A stretch of 64,000 nucleotides of DNA. It comes from a virus. Position 1 is the first letter of the stretch, and every line of letters begins with the position of its first letter. Location: positions 19,234 through 83,233 of the IMG/VR virus record IMGVR_UViG_3300046703_000247; one strand, written 5' to 3'. Below, one piece after another: positions 58,154 through 64,000 of this stretch. Below the pieces are notes generated by a model, which ran no database searches, was not told the DNA's origin, and saw nothing but the letters and a program-made list of their open reading frames with translations. The translations under genes were made by a program, and so were the position numbers.

Positions 58154-60337
58154 ATGGTCACCGTAACTAGCGTCTCGAAAGAACCCGAAACTCCCGACTG
58201 GGGCCAGCGCGACGAGTTTATCCGCACTGCCCTGCGGCGTTTTCATCTGGCTCGCGACGCGGAGCGCGACATCCGGGACAAGGCGCTCGATGATCTGCGC
58301 TTCTTCCAGGGGGATCAGTGGCCGGCAAGCATCGTCGCCGAGCGCAATGCGGATGGGCGCCCGTGTTTGACCATCAACCGGCTGCCGGAGTTGGCGAGCC
58401 AGCCCCTCAACCAGCAACGGCAAGGGAGACCGCAGATTCAGGTCAACCCGCGCGGCGGCGGCGCCACGCTCGACACCGCTCACATCATCCAGGGGCTGAC
58501 GCGCCACATCGAGGTGGCGAGCCAGGCTGAGGCGGCCTACGATTGGGCGTTTCAGTACGCGGTGATCTGTGGCTTTGGCTACTTCCAGTACGCCACCGAG
58601 TGGGCCGACGAAGCCGACGAACAAAGCTGGGACCTCGAAATCCGCGTCAAGCCGGTTTTGAATCCCTTCGCGGTCTACTTCGATCCCTCCTGCCAGGACC
58701 GGCTGTATCGCGACGCGAAGTGGGCCTTTGTGGTGGAGGATCTCCTCCCGGAGGACTACAAAGCCAAGTACAAGGGCTCCCAAATGGCCAGCCTCTCCGA
58801 GTTCCGCTCCATCGGGGACGGGGAGAAGGAGTGGTTTCGGGACGGCATGATCCGCGTCGCCCAGTACTGGACCGTGGAATTTGACACACACACACTGGTA
58901 CAACTCGCCGACGGAAGAACCATCCCCGAAAACGACCTGGACAAGTATCCCGACGCCACCATTGCCCAACGCAACGGCGAACCCCTGCTCCGCGAAGTCA
59001 GAATTCCCAAAGTGCGCTCCGCGGTAATCAACGCGCGCGAGATTCTGACCGGGAGCAAAGAGCAAGCACCCTTCGGAAAGCTGTTTCCAGGGAAACGAAT
59101 CCCTATCATCCCCGTGCTCGGCGAAGAGTTAATCGTAGACGGCAAGCGGACGTTGAGCGGCATCGTGCGCTATGCCCAAGACGCGCAACGCCAGTACAAC
59201 TACATGCGCACGGCGCTCACTGAGCAGATCGGCCTGTCTCCCAAGGCGCCCTACATCGCCGCCATCGGCCAAATCGAAGGCTTTGAGGAAATCTGGAACA
59301 ACGCGAACCGGAAGAATTACTCCGTCCTCCCCTACAACGCCAAGGACGTCAACGGAACCCTACTGCCAGCTCCCCAGCGGAACTTCGGAGAGCCGCCGAT
59401 CGCTGCCATCGCCGCCGCCGTGGCGCAGGCCGACCAGGATCTGAAGTCGACCACCAGAATTCACGAGCCGATGATCGGCACCATGGGTCCGGAACAGTCC
59501 GGAAGGGCGATTATCGCCCGGCAAAACCAAGGAAATCTGGCAACATTCGCCTATGTCGACAACTTGAGCCAGTCCATTATGCGCCTCGGCGAGGACCTGG
59601 TCGCCATCATGCCCGCGGTGTACGACCGCCCGGGCCGGGTGGTGCGCATCGTCAAGCCGGATCAGACGCACGAAACGGTCACCCTGAACCAGCCTTTCGA
59701 GAAAAACCCCGAGAAGCAGCCCGGAGTGATGGAGTTCTACGACCTCACGACCGGCACCTACGACATCACCATCAGCGTCGGGCCGGGGTACGAAAGCAAG
59801 CGCCAGGAGTTTGTGGCCTCCGTGCTCGACCTGGTCCGCGCGGCGCCCCAGATCGCGCAACTCGTGATGGATCTGGTGGTGCGGCACATGGACTGGCCGG
59901 GAGCGACCGAGATCGCCGACCGGCTGAAGAAGGCCCTGCCGCCTGGCTTACAGGAAGAGGGTGACGCTGCCGGTCCCGGGCAGGTTCCACCGGCCTTCGC
60001 CGCCCAGATGGAGCAGTTGATGGAGCAGCACGCCGCGTTGGTCAAGCAGTTGAACGAGGCGACCAGTGTGATTGAGAGCCGGCGCATGGAGATGGAAAGC
60101 CGGGAGCGCATCGCGGAAGTGCAGGCCCGGACCCAACTTCTGGTAGCCGAGCTGAAGAACCAGAGTGCGGAAAGCCAAACGCTGTTGCGCGAGAGCCTGG
60201 CGCGGATCGACCAGAGGCTGGACCAGTTGAGCGGCAATCAGCCGATTCAAGGTTCGAATTCTCAGCAGCCGCAGCCTGCTGGGGCGCCACCTACGGTTGC
60301 TCCCCCACAAGCCCCCTCATCCCTTCAAGGCGGTTGA
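58154..60337 (+). CDS. Portal protein, P22 gp1-like
   Basis: D.RF..G.QW, RPCLTINR, G.VR...D.QR.YNY, SG.AI.ARQ.QG; precedes scaffold and coat. Confidence 0.88.
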   Translation: MVTVTSVSKEPETPDWGQRDEFIRTALRRFHLARDAERDIRDKALDDLRFFQGDQWPASIVAERNADGRPCLTINRLPELASQPLNQQRQGRPQIQVNPRGGGATLDTAHIIQGLTRHIEVASQAEAAYDWAFQYAVICGFGYFQYATEWADEADEQSWDLEIRVKPVLNPFAVYFDPSCQDRLYRDAKWAFVVEDLLPEDYKAKYKGSQMASLSEFRSIGDGEKEWFRDGMIRVAQYWTVEFDTHTLVQLADGRTIPENDLDKYPDATIAQRNGEPLLREVRIPKVRSAVINAREILTGSKEQAPFGKLFPGKRIPIIPVLGEELIVDGKRTLSGIVRYAQDAQRQYNYMRTALTEQIGLSPKAPYIAAIGQIEGFEEIWNNANRKNYSVLPYNAKDVNGTLLPAPQRNFGEPPIAAIAAAVAQADQDLKSTTRIHEPMIGTMGPEQSGRAIIARQNQGNLATFAYVDNLSQSIMRLGEDLVAIMPAVYDRPGRVVRIVKPDQTHETVTLNQPFEKNPEKQPGVMEFYDLTTGTYDITISVGPGYESKRQEFVASVLDLVRAAPQIAQLVMDLVVRHMDWPGATEIADRLKKALPPGLQEEGDAAGPGQVPPAFAAQMEQLMEQHAALVKQLNEATSVIESRRMEMESRERIAEVQARTQLLVAELKNQSAESQTLLRESLARIDQRLDQLSGNQPIQGSNSQQPQPAGAPPTVAPPQAPSSLQGG
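60268..60325 (-). repeat. Hairpin element copy 24 (in-frame, portal C-terminus)
   Basis: Reverse complement AAGGGATGAGGGGG..GGGGAGCAACC-GTA-GGTGGCGCCCC. Confidence 0.85.
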
Positions 60338-60396
60338 GGGAAGAAAAAGGTCTTAGGGAAAAGAAACCGTCCGGTTTCGTTTCCCTGAAGCAGCAG
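60337..60396 (+). repeat. Hairpin element copy 25 (back-to-back with copy 24; close to copy 1)
   Basis: AGGGAAGAAAAAGG..TAGGGAAAAGAAACC-GTCC-GGTTTCGTTTCCCTG. Confidence 0.9.
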
Positions 60397-60472
60397 TAAA
60401 ACCAACAAGTTCTGAACGAACGCCCAGCGGTCGGCGTCATGGCCGCGCACCATCCCCCGAACAAGGAGCAAC

Positions 60473-61630
60473 ATGATCACCCTAACGTCAGCTTCGGACA
60501 CCCCCGAACAGGTAAAGGAAGCACTGGAAAGCCGCGGCTACTCGACCGAGATCGTCGAGGCGAACCAGATTCCGCAAGCCCCGGAGGAAACCGACAAGAA
60601 GACCCCGCCGGAAACCCCGGTCGAAGACAAGGAAGACAAGAAATCCCCCGCGCCCGCGGAGCCGCCGGCTGACAAGCCGGATGAGGCCGCAGGCAAACCC
60701 GCCGATGCCTCGGGAGCAACGGACGAAAAACAGGAAGCAGGGAAACCCAAACCGAAAAAGGGTATTGAAGAGCGCTTCTCCAAACTGACTCTCGCGCGCA
60801 AGGAAGCCGAACGCGAAACAGCCAAGGTCACACGTCAACGGGACGAGCTGGAACTAAAGCTCGCGGAACTGGAAGCCCAGACCAAACCTCCCGCCGACAA
60901 ACCCGCTGAATCCGCGCCGGCCAAACCCGCCGCAGACGCCAAACCTGACGCCGAACCGGTACTCGCTGACTTCGAAAGTTACGAGCAGTGGACGGTAAAG
61001 CACCAGGAATGGCTCACCGCCCAGAAGCTCTCGCCACTCCAGGCCGAGATCAAGGCCCTCCAGGACAAGATCAAAGCCAAGGAAGACGCCGACGCCCAGC
61101 ACCAGGCCGAGCAAGCCGCCGAAGAAGCGCGCAAGCCGCTGGCCGAGCGCTGGAAAGCCGGCGAGGCGGAGTTGAAGGCGGTCCATGCGGACTACGACGA
61201 AGTCATGGAAGCAAGCGAGGAGGCCGGACTACAGGCGTCTCCCGCCATGCACCAGGAGATCTTCGAAAGCGAGTTCGGGGTCAAGGTCAACTTCTATCTG
61301 GCCACGCATCCGGAGGAGTGCAAACGGATCTTCGAGGCCACCTCGGTGGGTGAAAAGCCCACTGCCGAAGAAGTAGGCCGAGTCACCCGTCTCGCCGCCC
61401 GCGAGATCGGGCGCATCGAAGCCCTGATAACCCAGCAACCCGCTCCGGCCAAAGAGCCGGCGGCCAAGTCCCCAGCTCCTGTAACACCGAAACCCAAGCC
61501 CAGCGCAGCGCCAACGCCCGTTGAAACCGTGGGAACCCGCTCAGTCGTGCCTACCGGCGAAGAATACCGCGACGACATGACCCAAGCGGAATTCCGCGAG
61601 TGGAAAGCCCGCAACGGCGGACGGCGTTAG
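60473..61630 (+). CDS. Capsid scaffolding protein
   Basis: Acidic/coiled coil, P...DFE.YE, YLA.HPEE..RI, EIGRIEA; lies between portal and coat. Confidence 0.75.
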   Translation: MITLTSASDTPEQVKEALESRGYSTEIVEANQIPQAPEETDKKTPPETPVEDKEDKKSPAPAEPPADKPDEAAGKPADASGATDEKQEAGKPKPKKGIEERFSKLTLARKEAERETAKVTRQRDELELKLAELEAQTKPPADKPAESAPAKPAADAKPDAEPVLADFESYEQWTVKHQEWLTAQKLSPLQAEIKALQDKIKAKEDADAQHQAEQAAEEARKPLAERWKAGEAELKAVHADYDEVMEASEEAGLQASPAMHQEIFESEFGVKVNFYLATHPEECKRIFEATSVGEKPTAEEVGRVTRLAAREIGRIEALITQQPAPAKEPAAKSPAPVTPKPKPSAAPTPVETVGTRSVVPTGEEYRDDMTQAEFREWKARNGGRR

Positions 61631-61692
61631 ACGCGCAGGGCTCCTGAGCCGCCCGCCAAGACGGCGCGGCGCGCACACAGAGAAGGTACCCC

Positions 61693-62907
61693 ATGAATAG
61701 CTATTTGACGATCTCGAAGATCACCCATGAGTGTCTCGAGGTCCTCCGCAACAACCTCGTGATGGCGCGTTACGTCAATCGCGAGTACAACAAGGAGTTT
61801 GCCGTCAAGGGCGCAAAGATTGGCCAGCCGGTCTCCGTCCGCAAACCGCCGCGCTACGTCGTCAAAAACGGCGCCACGATGCTGCCGCAGGATTACGTCG
61901 ACGAGTCCGTGACTGTTTCACTGGACCGCCAGAAGCACGTGGGCCTGGTTTTCACCTCCGCCGACCGGCTGTTGAGCCTGGACGACTTTTCGAAGCGCGT
62001 CATTGAGCCGGCCATCGCGCCGCTCGCCAACCAGATCGACTACGACCTGCTCCAGCTCTACAAGCAGGTTCCCAACTTCGTAGGCACACCGGGAGTTGTG
62101 CCGACCGCTCACCTGACCTATCTGAACGCCGGGGTGGACCTCACCAACGAGGCCACTCCCAAGACCATGCGCTACTGCGTGGTGGGAGCCGAGATGCAGG
62201 CCACCATTGTCAACGCGGGCCTGACCTTCCAAAACCCGACCGGCAACATCTCGAAGCAGTTCGAGGACGGCATCATGGGCCGCGCGCTCGGCTTCGACTG
62301 GGCCGACGATCAGAACGTCGGCGGCCACACAGTTGGCGCCATCGGCGGAACGCCCGCAGTGGACGGCGCGCAGATTGGCGCCTCGATTTTGACGAAGAAC
62401 TGGAGCGCGCTCGCCACACTCAAGGAAGGCGACAAAATCACCATCGCGGGGGTCTACGCGGTCAATCCCCAGTCCCGGCAATCCACCGGGAAACTCCGCA
62501 AATTCACCGTTACCGCCGACGTAGCGGCTACGGGTGGCGGGGCGGCCACAGTCACAATCTCTCCCGCCATCGTCATCTCCGGCTCGCAGCAGAACTGCAC
62601 GGCCGGTGCAGCCGCCAACGCCCTGATCTCCGTTTGGGGCAACGTGGCTGGCGAGTTTGACCACATCGCCAGCGCGGTCGGCCCGGTGGGTCTGGCTTTC
62701 CATCGCAACGCCTTCGCTCTGGTCACCGCCGATCTGCCCCTTCCCGAGAAGAAGGACGCCAGCCGGGTCTCCGATCCGGATCTGGGCATCTCGCTCCGGC
62801 TCTGGAACGACAGCGATATCCGGACCGACGAGTTCATCACCAGAGTCGACGTGCTCTACGGCGTCGCCGCGCTGAGGCCCGAGCTGGCCTGCGTGATTGC
62901 CAGCTAG
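61693..62907 (+). CDS. Major capsid protein, P22 gp5-like
   Basis: N.YLT...IT.E.L..L.NNLV, KIG....VR.P.RY, RVDVLYG...LRPELAC. Confidence 0.88.
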   Translation: MNSYLTISKITHECLEVLRNNLVMARYVNREYNKEFAVKGAKIGQPVSVRKPPRYVVKNGATMLPQDYVDESVTVSLDRQKHVGLVFTSADRLLSLDDFSKRVIEPAIAPLANQIDYDLLQLYKQVPNFVGTPGVVPTAHLTYLNAGVDLTNEATPKTMRYCVVGAEMQATIVNAGLTFQNPTGNISKQFEDGIMGRALGFDWADDQNVGGHTVGAIGGTPAVDGAQIGASILTKNWSALATLKEGDKITIAGVYAVNPQSRQSTGKLRKFTVTADVAATGGGAATVTISPAIVISGSQQNCTAGAAANALISVWGNVAGEFDHIASAVGPVGLAFHRNAFALVTADLPLPEKKDASRVSDPDLGISLRLWNDSDIRTDEFITRVDVLYGVAALRPELACVIAS

Positions 62908-63013
62908 TCAACAGCGGTCAGCAATCAGCGCCCGGTGCTTGGCGCGTCCGCTCGGAACCGAGCGCTGAAGGCTGGCGGTTTGGCGCAACGAATTTCAACA
63001 GGAGAACATTACA

Positions 63014-64000
63014 GTGATAAAAAATCTGATCCGCATTTGCGCACTACTGTGCGCACTCACCGGTCTGGCTTTCGGCCAGGCCACCATGGCAGAGACCACG
63101 CTTTCGGCGGCTGTTGGCCTGAATGACGAGTACGTAAACGTCACCTCGGCCACCGGAATATCCGCGACGGGGACGAACAATCTGGTAAGCACGATACTTT
63201 ACGCGGACAAGGAGGCAATGATCGTCCGCAGCCTCTCGGGAACTCGGGTGCGCGTGTACCGCGGCCAAAGGGCATCACGGCAGTCCGCACACGCCTCGGG
63301 AGTGAAAGTATGGGTCGGCCCGCCCAATTACTTCACCGCCAGCGACCAGGTCGGGTCCTGCACCAGCACGTCCGAACTCGTGCTGCCGCTCATCAATGCC
63401 TCTAACGGCAACATCTTCAACTGCACCAACGGCCTATGGGTTCCCTTACAAATCGTTGGAAACCTAAATTCGACCAGCGACACCAACACGGTTAAGCTCA
63501 ACAGCCGGGACTACGTTCAAGCCACCGGCAGTTCGATTGGCTTTCAAGTCCGGCCGGCGCAGACTGTCGCCTCCAGCGGCAGCGTGATCGGCGGCGAAAT
63601 CAGCCCGCGCGTCAATAGCGGTATCACTATGGGCGGAGATGTGATCGGGCTGCATGTCGATACCTACTTGAAGGGTACGGCAGTTGGCACCATCTCGGGC
63701 AGCGTTCGCGGCCTTCAGATAGAGATGACTACCGACGATGCCGCCACGCGCACCATCACCGGAAACGTCAGCGGCATCCGCATCCGTTCGGCGTTCTCTG
63801 CAACGACCATCGGCGGGAAGTTCGTTCCCATCCGGATTGAGTTCCCGGAGATTCAGACCAACAGCAAGACCTATGATGCTGCGTTTGAATTCACGGGGAA
63901 GGTCGCCGGAGTGTGGAACGACGACCCCGGCACTGAGGTAACCAGCACTACAGCCAAGGGGTACATCAAGGTGCTGGTCAACGGGGCCGCCCGGTACATC
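63014..64000 (+). CDS. Probable virion protein with signal-like N-terminus, 3' truncated
   Basis: GGAGA RBS plus GTG; MIKNLIRICALLCALTGLAFGQA then TTLSAAV; no stop seen before the window end. Confidence 0.6.
   Translation, partial: MIKNLIRICALLCALTGLAFGQATMAETTLSAAVGLNDEYVNVTSATGISATGTNNLVSTILYADKEAMIVRSLSGTRVRVYRGQRASRQSAHASGVKVWVGPPNYFTASDQVGSCTSTSELVLPLINASNGNIFNCTNGLWVPLQIVGNLNSTSDTNTVKLNSRDYVQATGSSIGFQVRPAQTVASSGSVIGGEISPRVNSGITMGGDVIGLHVDTYLKGTAVGTISGSVRGLQIEMTTDDAATRTITGNVSGIRIRSAFSATTIGGKFVPIRIEFPEIQTNSKTYDAAFEFTGKVAGVWNDDPGTEVTSTTAKGYIKVLVNGAARYI

Noticed and set aside
1150-60396. Hairpin elements as a CRISPR array
   Set aside because: Copies are dispersed, on both strands, degenerate and separated by 12 bp to 10 kb; there is no cas operon.
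1150-60396. Hairpin elements as simple rho-independent terminators
   Set aside because: No U tract follows the stem, many copies lie inside long CDSs in either orientation, and the leader and mismatch conservation exceed what a terminator needs.
1150-60396. Hairpin elements as integron attC sites or hammerhead ribozymes
   Set aside because: No RYYYAAC/GTTRRRY ends, no tyrosine integrase in the window and no CUGAnGA core.
1-64000. Diversity-generating retroelement or retron as the source of the repeats
   Set aside because: No reverse transcriptase motif and no adenine-specific TR/VR pair seen in this window.

Overview
GC-rich, nearly complete, circularly permuted P22-like (podovirus-type) phage or prophage genome. 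The host is not determinable from the window; Acidobacteria is a weak guess. Gene order: FN3/tail-type genes, GNAT (gp14-like), gp7-like and gp20-like ejection genes, a 5786-aa polyvalent protein (lytic transglycosylase, 2H phosphoesterase, DarB-like methyltransferase plus SF2 helicase, HExxH), lysis genes, a rightward early/recombination block with a serine resolvase, a leftward block (DNA methyltransferase, DUF5131, HNHs, initiator with a DnaA domain I-like region), then sigma factor, NusG paralogue, terminase, ClpB-D2-like ATPase, ECF sigma, portal, scaffold and coat. The main unexplained signal is a dispersed ~55-60 bp element found by eye in at least 25 copies on both strands. It consists of a purine-rich AGGGA leader and a hairpin with compensatory stem changes, a near-invariant A.G mismatch and mostly GNA loops. 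It lies between genes and in-frame inside proteins (8 copies in the giant protein) and repeatedly forms leader-to-leader pairs that are either empty or enclose accessory cargo. Other notable features are a nested gene inside the giant ORF, three leaderless paralogous regulators and a tRNA-like fold. All family assignments come from motif recognition, not database searches.
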